DNA of 44,905 bases, from NCBI GenBank assembly GCA_007280345.1, contig QYQD01000026.1, forward strand, positions 1 through 44,905, given 5' to 3'. Source of the DNA: Deltaproteobacteria bacterium. Its GTDB lineage: Bacteria > Desulfobacterota > QYQD01. The position numbers were made by a program, and so were the translations under genes. The notes under the pieces are model-generated. The model was not told the origin of the DNA. It did not search any database and saw only the letters and a list, made by a program, of their open reading frames with translations. Numbering within the stretch: the first letter of the stretch is position 1; every line of letters starts with the position of its first letter. This document shows positions 17,953-27,260 of the stretch, one piece after another.

Positions 17953-18750
17953 ATGGAAAACGTCTGTACTAACAGTCTCGAAAAGGCTCTTGCTAAGACG
18001 GAAGCCGATGTTGATGCAACATTAAGGGCCGCGGTTGCAGTCGTCAGATCCTTAAAAAAATTTCGCGTCGCAACTCAAACAGGAAACCTCCGTGAATTGA
18101 GCAAAACAATAGAATCCGCAGAACAGGCGATCGCTGCGCTGAGACAACAATTTACAAATACCAAGGAGGTATGGAATTTCGATAGTGAAAATTATATTGC
18201 CAGCAGGGCATTTCCTGAAGAGCTTCTGGAGATGTCCAAATCTTTGGGAGTAAAAATCTTTGAACAGGACGAACGACTATACTGTTATCCTTTTCTCATC
18301 CGCATCCTGCCTAATGAACTTGCCGTCCAAATTGATAAGACCAGAGAAAAGCGTTTACAACCATCCACCCTTGTTAATCACCTTAAGGCATTACAAAATA
18401 AGCCTGTAAGATTCAGACCGGAGACGTTTCTGGAAAGTCTTTTCTCGGCATATGAAACTCTCATAAAAAGTCGCGGGAAGGATCACGTAGGCAAGGGAAT
18501 CGTGATAACCCTTCTTGAAATTTACAGATTATTAACCCTTCTACCGGGGCAGGCCAAGGAATATTCGCGTCAGGAATTTGCGCGAGATATTTATCTTCTT
18601 GATCGCAGCGGTGTAACAACAACAAAAAGGGGGGTTGTCGTCAGCTTTCCGGCGAGTACGGGTACAAGATGGACCACAGGCACTATTCGCGTCATTACAC
18701 AGGAAGGCCAGGACAAACGATATTACGGTATTTCATTTTCAGAGGCTTAG
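17953..18750 (+). CDS. Hypothetical protein (helical N-terminus, possible winged-helix C-terminus); gene 1 of putative defence operon
   Basis: 265-aa ORF with SD; 12 bp to the next gene; no recognised catalytic motif. Confidence 0.8.
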   Translation: MENVCTNSLEKALAKTEADVDATLRAAVAVVRSLKKFRVATQTGNLRELSKTIESAEQAIAALRQQFTNTKEVWNFDSENYIASRAFPEELLEMSKSLGVKIFEQDERLYCYPFLIRILPNELAVQIDKTREKRLQPSTLVNHLKALQNKPVRFRPETFLESLFSAYETLIKSRGKDHVGKGIVITLLEIYRLLTLLPGQAKEYSRQEFARDIYLLDRSGVTTTKRGVVVSFPASTGTRWTTGTIRVITQEGQDKRYYGISFSEA

Positions 18751-18762
18751 GAGGCATAAACC

Positions 18763-19764
18763 ATGTCCTACATCACACAAGATGAGTGGCTAGATACGAT
18801 TCGTGGGGAGTATTTGTATGATTTCATTAAACGCGGTGGCGCAGCCGTAAAATTTGTAGTTCCTATGGAAGATGATGACCATAACCAATTACTTAATCTG
18901 CTGCGTAAAACTTCAGAAGAGGAAAACTATTTTTTTACATCCGTCAATGCCGTGTCAACCAAGATTCACATGATTGATAAGTTGTTTCACAAGGTAGCTC
19001 GGCAGATTGATTGGGATGAGTTGTCTCATTCATTTGTAAAAAAAATATTTACGCAAAATGGGTATGAGCTGCCACAGCAACGTGAAGATTTCAATCTTCA
19101 GAATATCGCCGCAATCAATAACCGGGAGGAAAAATTTTTACGAAGGGAAATGCATTCATGGTTTGAAAAAGAAATCTTTCGCGATTTTGAAATGAGCCAG
19201 GAATTCAGAATCGCTATGATGCGCCTCTGTTTAGATCAGCTTGACACCACAGGACCGACCACATTTTTAAGCAATGCTGTTAAAGAATGGCTTGGGGGCG
19301 AACTCCGGTTGATTTCAACATTGAAGGAAGCGCTCATCTTTCAAAAAATTGCGCGGCACAATGCCCGGCATATGTTGTTTTCACTCGCCCACTGGTTGAG
19401 GGTCAACGGGAAGAGTGGTCTTGTACTTGTGCTCGACATCACTCGCTATCTTATTTCAACAAGATCGAAGAATCCTGATGATGGCTTTTTCTATTCAATT
19501 CCTGCCGTGCTCGATGCCTATGAGGTTCTTCGCCAATTCATTGATGGAACGGATGAAATGGAGGGCTGTCTGATTGTGGTTTTTGCATCAAAGGACTTTC
19601 TGAATGATGACAAGCGGGGTTTAAACCGTTATGATGCTCTAAAATTGAGGGTCTGGGATGAAGTCAGAGACAGGCAAAGACAAAATCCTCTGGCGTCTTT
19701 AATACGCCTGGCAAATAATAAAACAGCCTCAGTCCATCAAGTGTTAAGGGAGGTGCAAAGATGA
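18763..19764 (+). CDS. DUF2791/BrxD-like P-loop protein with degenerate Walker motifs
   Basis: GGAAVKFVV at the P-loop position but no GxxGxGK; EWLGG...KIARHNARHML...GLVLVLD...YEVLRQFID...YDALKLR match the DUF2791 pattern. Confidence 0.7.
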   Translation: MSYITQDEWLDTIRGEYLYDFIKRGGAAVKFVVPMEDDDHNQLLNLLRKTSEEENYFFTSVNAVSTKIHMIDKLFHKVARQIDWDELSHSFVKKIFTQNGYELPQQREDFNLQNIAAINNREEKFLRREMHSWFEKEIFRDFEMSQEFRIAMMRLCLDQLDTTGPTTFLSNAVKEWLGGELRLISTLKEALIFQKIARHNARHMLFSLAHWLRVNGKSGLVLVLDITRYLISTRSKNPDDGFFYSIPAVLDAYEVLRQFIDGTDEMEGCLIVVFASKDFLNDDKRGLNRYDALKLRVWDEVRDRQRQNPLASLIRLANNKTASVHQVLREVQR

Positions 19765-21029
19765 ATATCGACGAACAAGTGAAAAATCGGCGTGCCATAG
19801 AAGCGCTACGTAATGGTGTGCCGAACCGTGATGCTGTTGCGGTGTTAGGATGTAATCAACCGGAAATAGAAGATAAATTTCGACGACAACTTCAAAATAC
19901 AAGAGATATGATTACCGATGGAAGACCAAACGAAGGGATGCTGGTGGCAGGTGACTTTGGTTCTGGAAAATCACATCTCCTGGAATATCTGATGCACCTT
20001 GCTCTGGAGCAGAATTTTGTGTGCAGTAAGATTGTCATCAGTAAGGAGACCCCCTTATTTGATCCAGCAAAATTATATCGTGCTGCGGCTGAAGCTGCAA
20101 TTGTACCAGGTAAACGGGGCGGCGCTATGACCGAAATTGCAACTGCTTTGAATCCTAACCACACCGCCTACAAGGATTTTTATCTATGGGTACATCAGAG
20201 AGCCGGTCTTAATTCGAGATTTGCCGCAACACTGTTTTTATATGAAAGAATGCAAAATGATCCCGAATTCAGTAACCGCATTATCAGATTTTGGTCTGGT
20301 GATAAAATTGGTTCAGGTGAGATAAGAAAATATCTCAAGGCATGCCGGGAACCGGTAACCTATAAGATTGACAACATTCCGGCGAAAGAACTTGCGTTAC
20401 AGAGGTTTAAGTTTGCTGCTCGTTTAATTGTTGCAGCCGGTTATGCTGGTTGGGTCCTACTGATTGATGAAACGGAATTGTTAGCTAAATACTCACTTAT
20501 GCAGAGGGCAAAATCTTATGCAGAATTGGCGCGATGGATGGGGAAACTGGATGAGTCTAATTTTGCAGGATTGACGGTCGTTTTTACTATAGCCCATGAT
20601 TTTGGAGAAAAAATCATGATGGAAATTAATGACTTAGAAAAGGTACCTGGCCGATTGAGAGCGAAAGGAACAGAGAATGACCTTCTATTGGCAAGCCAAT
20701 CAGAGAGAGGAATGCGCTTGATTCAAAAAGAATTTGAACTTTTAAAAGGGCCAGACGAAACAACATTAAATCAAACATATGAAAGGGTACAATCCATACA
20801 TGCACAAGCATATAATTGGTCTCCACCGCCGGTACAATCTATCGAACGTTTACGTAGTAACAGAATGCGTCAGTATGTAAGAGGTTGGATAACCGAATGG
20901 GATCTCAAGCGTCTTGACAGCGGATATACGCCGGAAATTGAGGTTACAAAACTTGAGCAAGACTATACCGAGGATAAGAATTTAGAGGTTGAAACGGAGG
21001 GAGGATCGGATAGCAACAACCTTAACTAG
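19761..21029 (+). CDS. DUF2791/BrxD-like ATP-binding protein
   Basis: RRAIEALRNGVP N-terminus, Walker A GDFGSGKSH, ISKETPL, Walker B GWVLLIDE; ATGA overlap with the upstream gene. Confidence 0.85.
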   Translation: MNIDEQVKNRRAIEALRNGVPNRDAVAVLGCNQPEIEDKFRRQLQNTRDMITDGRPNEGMLVAGDFGSGKSHLLEYLMHLALEQNFVCSKIVISKETPLFDPAKLYRAAAEAAIVPGKRGGAMTEIATALNPNHTAYKDFYLWVHQRAGLNSRFAATLFLYERMQNDPEFSNRIIRFWSGDKIGSGEIRKYLKACREPVTYKIDNIPAKELALQRFKFAARLIVAAGYAGWVLLIDETELLAKYSLMQRAKSYAELARWMGKLDESNFAGLTVVFTIAHDFGEKIMMEINDLEKVPGRLRAKGTENDLLLASQSERGMRLIQKEFELLKGPDETTLNQTYERVQSIHAQAYNWSPPPVQSIERLRSNRMRQYVRGWITEWDLKRLDSGYTPEIEVTKLEQDYTEDKNLEVETEGGSDSNNLN

Positions 21030-21191
21030 GAGCCTGTCGGACTTAGGGGATCGTCACGAGGGAAGTGGGAGGACAAGCCAAAATGTTCACGAATTTGAGG
21101 CACATAGTGGAGGCTATGTAACGAAAATTCGGGGATATTTGGGCGTCCTCCCACTTTCCGCAGTAGATTATCATAAGTCCGACAGGCTCCT
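21028..21191. mobile_element. MITE with perfect 18-bp terminal inverted repeats
   Basis: AGGAGCCTGTCGGACTTA ... TAAGTCCGACAGGCTCCT; flanked by CTAG/CTGG; long internal foldback; no transposase. Confidence 0.8.
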
Positions 21192-21220
21192 GGGTCTAGA
21201 CATTCGGGAGGTCACTTGAA

Positions 21221-21778
21221 ATGCCGATTCCCTATCGTGATGCCGATGAACTAAGCGATTTAGGAATAGCAGGATATCTCAGGATTCAGCCTGCACAGGA
21301 AGGATCCGGCTATCTGGCTGCGCTCTTTTTGATCAATGCGCGCGGCGAGCCGATAGAATTTACGTATAACAGAATAGAAACTCCTCACACCTTCCTTTGG
21401 CGACAGGCGGATATCCGCCGCCATGCCACAAGAAAATTGACTGCGTCGCTTCTCTCCTTATGTCCGAAAACACCACGATTGATACTATGCCTCGCTGAAG
21501 AGATAGGCAGCGAACTTTTCTGTCAGGATATTCAATTGTCAGTTCCAGTCTGCCGGATTGCGCCAGCAATTAAAGCCCTTCCTTATTCAGCAACCGAAAT
21601 CCAGGATAGGATCGAAGTAGAAGGACCAATGAATCTCTTTTGGTATCCGGGAAGACCGGCTGACGATGCAATTGAATTAAAGCTTTTACACGAATTGGCA
21701 GTGCATGGTTTACTTACAGAGCCTTTCGAGCGAGCATTAATTGGACTTCGGGAAGTCTATTCAGATAAAGGTGAATGA
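21221..21778 (+). CDS. Hypothetical protein; gene 4 of putative defence operon
   Basis: 185 aa, SD GGAGG, ATGA overlap with the SNF2 gene; beta-rich N-terminus AGYLRI..GYLAALFLINARGEPIEF. Confidence 0.8.
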   Translation: MPIPYRDADELSDLGIAGYLRIQPAQEGSGYLAALFLINARGEPIEFTYNRIETPHTFLWRQADIRRHATRKLTASLLSLCPKTPRLILCLAEEIGSELFCQDIQLSVPVCRIAPAIKALPYSATEIQDRIEVEGPMNLFWYPGRPADDAIELKLLHELAVHGLLTEPFERALIGLREVYSDKGE

Positions 21779-24000
21779 TGACCGGAGTTGCGATTTGGTG
21801 GAAAGAACGGAACATTGATCATGTCCCGTTGGCACGCTGGTTTGGCGTTTTTAGACGTCCGGTTAAACTTAGCGGCCATATCCCACAAAAGCTGTCTGTA
21901 CCGCCATTATTTCTATCTGCGCCGGATTACTTATCAGCATCTGATGACAGCATTCCGCCCCTGCCCATTTCATTAATTGTCTCATGCGCCTTAAATACAC
22001 CAGCTAATCTCATTACCGATTGTAAACATCCAGATGAGCATTTCCACGGTAGTGTCGGCCTCAACGGCATTCTTTTAAAAGGGGAACAGACTGGCCCAAA
22101 GTCAGCAAAGCAGATACGATCAGACTTAGTAGCTCATCCTTTGGAGGATGTGAGTCATGATGCGGATGCTGAAATCCCACTTTCAAGAAGGTTAGCTTAC
22201 CTTCTCCAACCACCAACTGACTTTTTGCTCTCAAAGCTCGGACCCTTGGAATGGCCAGCAGCGCTGTTCGACTATCAAATTGAAGGAATAAAAACCCTGC
22301 TGTCAAGAGACGCCTTGTTGCTTGCAGATGATATGGGGCTCGGTAAGACAATTCAGGCGATAGGCGCCCTAAGAATACTTTTTCTTCAAAGTCTCATTGA
22401 ATCTTGTCTATTAATCGTCCCAGCAAGCCTTATCGGACAGTGGCGAAAAGAGATTCACCATTGGGCTCCGGAACTACGTGTCTCTACCATTCGTGGTATA
22501 ACGACAGAACGAACATGGCAATGGGCAACACCTGCTCATATTTATCTCACGAGTTATGAAACCTTCCGATCTGATTGTACGGACCATGCTCAATCACCTC
22601 CCCGCCGCTGTGTGTGGGACGTTGTCATTCTTGATGAAGCTCAAAAAATAAAAAATCGGGATGTAGAAATCAGCCGTAAATGTAAACTTTTGCATCGAGC
22701 ACGGGCATGGGCGCTTACAGGCACACCGCTTGAAAATCGGGAAGATGATCTTGCCTCAATTCTCGAATTTGTAACATCTATGAAAGAAGGTGAAACACCT
22801 CCACGGTTCAACCCAGGCTTAGAGCTCCAAGAAAAACATAAGTCTTTACAGCTTCGCCGGAAAAAACATGATGTGCTCCCTCAACTTCCGCCTAAAATAG
22901 TAAGTCAAATATCGTTAACAATGGATGTCAAACAACGCAAATATTACGAGCGGGCCGAAAAAGAAGGCATTATCCAACTTAAGGAAAGTGGCGAGTTTGT
23001 TCGCATAGAAAATGTTCTCGCACTCATTATGAAATTGAAACAGATATGCAATTTTTGTCCATCTTCAGGGGCGTCAGTTAAACTTGACGATGTCCTGGAA
23101 CGTTTAAATATTCTCGCATCTGAGGGATATCGTGCACTAATATTCTCACAATTCACGGATTCACTGTACGGGGCGCATGCCATAGCATCAAAGCTCGAAT
23201 CCTTTAACCCACTTCTTTATACTGGTGACTTATCCGCAAGACAGCGAGATGAGATCATCAGTACCTTCAAAAAAGATCAAGATCATAAAGTTCTCATTCT
23301 TTCCCTCCGTGCCGGGGGACAAGGGCTTAATTTACAGGATGCTTCGTATGTTTTTCATTTTGATCGCTGGTGGAATCCTGCCGTTGAGCATCAGGCTGAG
23401 GGCAGAGCACACCGTCTGGGCCAAACCTTTCCTGTTCACATTTATAAGTATACTATAGGAGATACGATTGAGGAACGGATCGAGAAAATATTGGTGGAAA
23501 AACAGCTGCTTTTCGATGAGTTGGTGGACAGCGTTTCGATTGACTTAAAATCAAAACTATCAGGCGAAGAACTATTTGGTTTGTTTGGTTTGGTCCCGCC
23601 AGAATATTTAAAATCGTCAAAACGCAAATCGGCATTCACAGGAAGTTACACTGATATGAGTGGCGTGGAATTTGAGGAACATGTGAAAGGGCTATTGGAA
23701 CGAAAGAAGTGGCGGGTGGAAACTACTTCTTTGACACGCGATGGAGGTGTTGACCTCATCGCCCGACGAGACGACGATATTGGTTTAGAGATAACCCTTT
23801 ACATTCAATGCAAAAATCATGCAGCTCCCGTAGGCGTTGACGTGATAAGAGCGTTAAGGGAAGTAATGCCGAAGGATGTTACTGGCACAAGAGGCGTTGT
23901 AGTTTGTCCGAGCGGCTTTTCGACTGACGCAATAAATTTTGCCAAAGACCGGGGCATTGCCCTCTGGAATCGGCATCATCTTTTTGAATTATCCGAATAA
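21775..24000 (+). CDS. SNF2-family helicase/ATPase fused to a C-terminal Mrr-like restriction endonuclease
   Basis: ADDMGLGKT, DEAQKIKN, LTGTPLEN, LIFSQF, GGQGLNL, DRWWNPAVEHQAEGRAHRLGQ; then MSGVEFEE...DGGVDLIA...YIQCKN. Confidence 0.92.
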   Translation: MMTGVAIWWKERNIDHVPLARWFGVFRRPVKLSGHIPQKLSVPPLFLSAPDYLSASDDSIPPLPISLIVSCALNTPANLITDCKHPDEHFHGSVGLNGILLKGEQTGPKSAKQIRSDLVAHPLEDVSHDADAEIPLSRRLAYLLQPPTDFLLSKLGPLEWPAALFDYQIEGIKTLLSRDALLLADDMGLGKTIQAIGALRILFLQSLIESCLLIVPASLIGQWRKEIHHWAPELRVSTIRGITTERTWQWATPAHIYLTSYETFRSDCTDHAQSPPRRCVWDVVILDEAQKIKNRDVEISRKCKLLHRARAWALTGTPLENREDDLASILEFVTSMKEGETPPRFNPGLELQEKHKSLQLRRKKHDVLPQLPPKIVSQISLTMDVKQRKYYERAEKEGIIQLKESGEFVRIENVLALIMKLKQICNFCPSSGASVKLDDVLERLNILASEGYRALIFSQFTDSLYGAHAIASKLESFNPLLYTGDLSARQRDEIISTFKKDQDHKVLILSLRAGGQGLNLQDASYVFHFDRWWNPAVEHQAEGRAHRLGQTFPVHIYKYTIGDTIEERIEKILVEKQLLFDELVDSVSIDLKSKLSGEELFGLFGLVPPEYLKSSKRKSAFTGSYTDMSGVEFEEHVKGLLERKKWRVETTSLTRDGGVDLIARRDDDIGLEITLYIQCKNHAAPVGVDVIRALREVMPKDVTGTRGVVVCPSGFSTDAINFAKDRGIALWNRHHLFELSE

Positions 24001-24126
24001 GTTTGCATATTCATTCTAATACGGAATACGTCCTTAAGTAATTAAGCAACATCGGTCAAAAATAAGGACGTATGGACAGATGAAGTATTAAATGTAACCG
24101 CCTATCATGCTATCCAGGAGCAAGAA

Positions 24127-26637
24127 TTGAAATCATTTTCGAGCATGCCTGTTGCCGAGCTTCTCGATCAACTACAAACCACGTCGCACGGCCTGACGGA
24201 CGACGAAGCCCGGCAGCGTCTCCAGACCTACGGACCGAACCTCCTGCGGCCACAAAAGAGAATAAAAGAATTCTCACTCCTCCTGGCCCAGTTCAAAAGT
24301 CCGATCATCCTCATCCTTCTTTTTGCCGCCGGATTGTCGATATTTCTGCGTGATCCCACAGATGCCTTCATTATCCTGACAATCATCGTTATAAGCGCTT
24401 TCCTTGGATTCTGGCAGGAGCGGGGGGCAGCCCACGCGGTGGAGAACTTGCTGGCCATCGTCAAGATAAAAACAAGAGTGCTTAGGGATAGCCGGGAGAA
24501 GGAGACTCCGGTTGATGAGATCGTGCCCGGTGATATTGTTCTCCTCACAGCCGGCGATATTATCCCGGGAGACGGTATTATCCTTGAATCCAGGGATCTT
24601 TTTGTGGATGAAGCCACTCTGACCGGTGAGACCTATCCGGCAGAAAAGGCAACCGGGGTATTATTACCGGATACGCCACTCGGACAAGCGACCAATACGC
24701 TTTTCATGGGAACCCATGTGGTGAGCGGCACGGCGAAGGCAGTGGTTGTGCACACCGGCCAGAGCACTGAATTCGGCAAAATTTCCGAACGCCTGAAACT
24801 ACGGCCGCCGGAGACGGAATTCGAGCGTGGCGTTCGGCGGTTCGGGTATTTTCTCATAGAGATTACGCTGGTGCTGGTGATCGCCATCTTTGCTATCAAC
24901 GTCTACCTGGCGCGACCGGTGTTGGATTCCTTTCTTTTTTCCCTGGCCCTTGCGGTCGGCATGACCCCGCAACTCCTGCCGGCCATTATCAGCGTCAACC
25001 TCGCCCACGGCGCCAGGCGCATGGCCTCTCAGAAGGTGATTGTAAAACGCCTGGCCTCTATTGAAAACTTTGGCAGCATGAACGTCCTCTGTTCCGATAA
25101 AACCGGTACCCTCACGGAAGGGATGGTGAGGTTAAGCTCTGCGCTTGATGTCGAGGGCAATGAAAGCGAAAAGGCGCTCTTCTATGCCTATCTCAACGCC
25201 ATTCATCAGACCGGCTTTGTAAACCCCATCGATGAGGCCATCCACGCCTATCGCCGGTTCGACGTATCCGGCTACCAGAAACTGGATGAAGTCCCTTATG
25301 ACTTCATCCGTAAGCGCCTGAGCATCCTGGTGGTCAAAGACGGCGTACATCTGATGGTGACCAAAGGCGCCCTTAAGAATGTGCTCGCCGCCTGTTCGTC
25401 GGTGGAAACTTCCGGCAAAGGGATCGTAGATTTAGAAGATATGCAGGAGCGGATTCAGCAACTCTTTGCAGGGCTTAGCGCCAAAGGATTCCGGGTTCTG
25501 GGGATTGCTTACCGCGATGTAGGCCCTGGCGTTACTATCACCAGGGAACACGAAACCGATATGACCTTTTTAGGGTTGCTGGCTCTCTTTGATCCGCCCA
25601 AGCATGGAATTGTCGAGACTATCAGTCATCTGAAGGATCTCGGCGTTTCGCTGAAGATGGTTACCGGCGACAACCACTTGGTGGCGGCCAGTATCAGTGA
25701 ACAGGTGGGCCTGTCAAATTCAGAAATCCTTACCGGTCAGGACCTCCATGAGATGAGCGACGAGGCCCTTCTCAACCGGGTAAATGATGTACATGTCTTT
25801 GCAGAAGTCGAGCCCAATCAGAAAGAGCGCATCATCCTGGCCCTGAGGAAGGCCGGAAATGTCGTGGGTTATATGGGAGACGGGATCAACGATGCCTCAG
25901 CGCTCCATACTGCGGATGTAGGTATCTCTGTCGACAGCGCTGTGGATGTGGCCAAAGAGGCGGCTGATATTGTGCTGCTCGAAAAGAACTTAGGCGTTCT
26001 GGCCCAGGGTATCCGCGAAGGAAGGAAAACCTTTGCCAATACCCTCAAGTACGTCTTCATGGCCACCAGCGCCAATTTCGGCAACATGTTCAGTATGGCC
26101 GGGGCGTCACTATTTCTGCCCTTTCTCCCCTTGCTGCCCAAACAAATCCTGCTTACCAATTTAATGACTGATTTCCCCGAAATGGCCATCGCTACCGATA
26201 GCGTGGACAGCGAGATGATGGACAGGCCCCGGCGATGGGATATTAAATTCATCCGCAATTTTATGATTATTTTTGGTTCTCTGAGTTCGGTATTTGACTA
26301 CCTTACCTTTGGGGTACTGCTGTTCGTCCTGCACGCCACTACGGATCAGTTTAGAACCGGCTGGTTTCTGGAGTCGGTTATTTCGGCCTCGGTAATAGTG
26401 CTCGTGGTCCGGAGCCGCAGGCCTTTCTTTAAAAGTAAACCGGGAAGGTATCTTTTACTCGCCACACTGCTCATTATCGGTATCACCCTTACCTTGCCAT
26501 TCCTCCCGGTCGGAAAAATCTTTGGATTTACCCCGCTACCCCTTTCATTCTTTTTGCTGATGGGCATAATTATTTTATTTTACATTATCTCGGCAGAGCT
26601 ATTGAAAAGGAACTTTTATAAGAAGATAAGATTCTAA
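24127..26637 (+). CDS. mgtA: Magnesium-translocating P-type ATPase
   Basis: AVGMTPQLLP, DKTGTLT, EVPYDFIRKRLS, GDGINDA, SANFGNMFS, FRTGWFLES; TTG start with SD AGGAG. Confidence 0.88.
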   Translation: MKSFSSMPVAELLDQLQTTSHGLTDDEARQRLQTYGPNLLRPQKRIKEFSLLLAQFKSPIILILLFAAGLSIFLRDPTDAFIILTIIVISAFLGFWQERGAAHAVENLLAIVKIKTRVLRDSREKETPVDEIVPGDIVLLTAGDIIPGDGIILESRDLFVDEATLTGETYPAEKATGVLLPDTPLGQATNTLFMGTHVVSGTAKAVVVHTGQSTEFGKISERLKLRPPETEFERGVRRFGYFLIEITLVLVIAIFAINVYLARPVLDSFLFSLALAVGMTPQLLPAIISVNLAHGARRMASQKVIVKRLASIENFGSMNVLCSDKTGTLTEGMVRLSSALDVEGNESEKALFYAYLNAIHQTGFVNPIDEAIHAYRRFDVSGYQKLDEVPYDFIRKRLSILVVKDGVHLMVTKGALKNVLAACSSVETSGKGIVDLEDMQERIQQLFAGLSAKGFRVLGIAYRDVGPGVTITREHETDMTFLGLLALFDPPKHGIVETISHLKDLGVSLKMVTGDNHLVAASISEQVGLSNSEILTGQDLHEMSDEALLNRVNDVHVFAEVEPNQKERIILALRKAGNVVGYMGDGINDASALHTADVGISVDSAVDVAKEAADIVLLEKNLGVLAQGIREGRKTFANTLKYVFMATSANFGNMFSMAGASLFLPFLPLLPKQILLTNLMTDFPEMAIATDSVDSEMMDRPRRWDIKFIRNFMIIFGSLSSVFDYLTFGVLLFVLHATTDQFRTGWFLESVISASVIVLVVRSRRPFFKSKPGRYLLLATLLIIGITLTLPFLPVGKIFGFTPLPLSFFLLMGIIILFYIISAELLKRNFYKKIRF

Positions 26638-26657
26638 GGAAGTGACATTCCCCGGCT

Positions 26658-27260
26658 ATGCCCTCAATCTCAGAAATTATAGCACACTTTCCTTATCTGG
26701 GGCTCTCTCTAATGCTTATTTTAGGAGGGGTTGGGTTCCCGCTGCCTGAGGATACCACACTGATCCTGTGCGGCTTTTTAATCTCTACCAAGGTGATAAG
26801 GCCCCTGTATGCCTTATTGGTTGTCTACTTAAGTCTCTTGACGGCAGATTTTACCCTTTACTCCTTTGGGAAAAGATATGGTCGCACGATTGTTACGCAT
26901 AAGAGGTTTCACAGAATCATATCCCCGGAGAGACTTTCCATCCTTGAGGATAAATTCAAAAAAAGAGGGACACTTATCCTCCTCCTGGGAAGACATCTCG
27001 TCGGCCTGAGGGCCCAGCTTTTTATTGTAGCCGGTATTATGAAAATGCCGCCCCTGAAATTTCTAGCCGTAGATGCGGCCTCTTCCATATTTACCATGGC
27101 TATAATGATTGGGGCAGGCTATATAGGTGGGCATAGCTTGGAGGCGCTGAAGAGGGATATAACAAAGATTGAACATATGGGAATTTTGCTGGCCATAATC
27201 TTGCTAACAATTTATTTGTTTCTAAGATACGTTAAATCCAGAAAGGGATGGGGCAGATAA
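26658..27260 (+). CDS. DedA-family membrane protein
   Basis: GVGFPLPED, LLGRHLVGLR, multiple TM segments. Confidence 0.9.
   Translation: MPSISEIIAHFPYLGLSLMLILGGVGFPLPEDTTLILCGFLISTKVIRPLYALLVVYLSLLTADFTLYSFGKRYGRTIVTHKRFHRIISPERLSILEDKFKKRGTLILLLGRHLVGLRAQLFIVAGIMKMPPLKFLAVDAASSIFTMAIMIGAGYIGGHSLEALKRDITKIEHMGILLAIILLTIYLFLRYVKSRKGWGR

Noticed and set aside
17953-24000. Calling the operon BREX or Shango
   Set aside because: No PglX, PglZ, PglW, TerB-like or Lhr-type component is present; only the ATPase family is shared.
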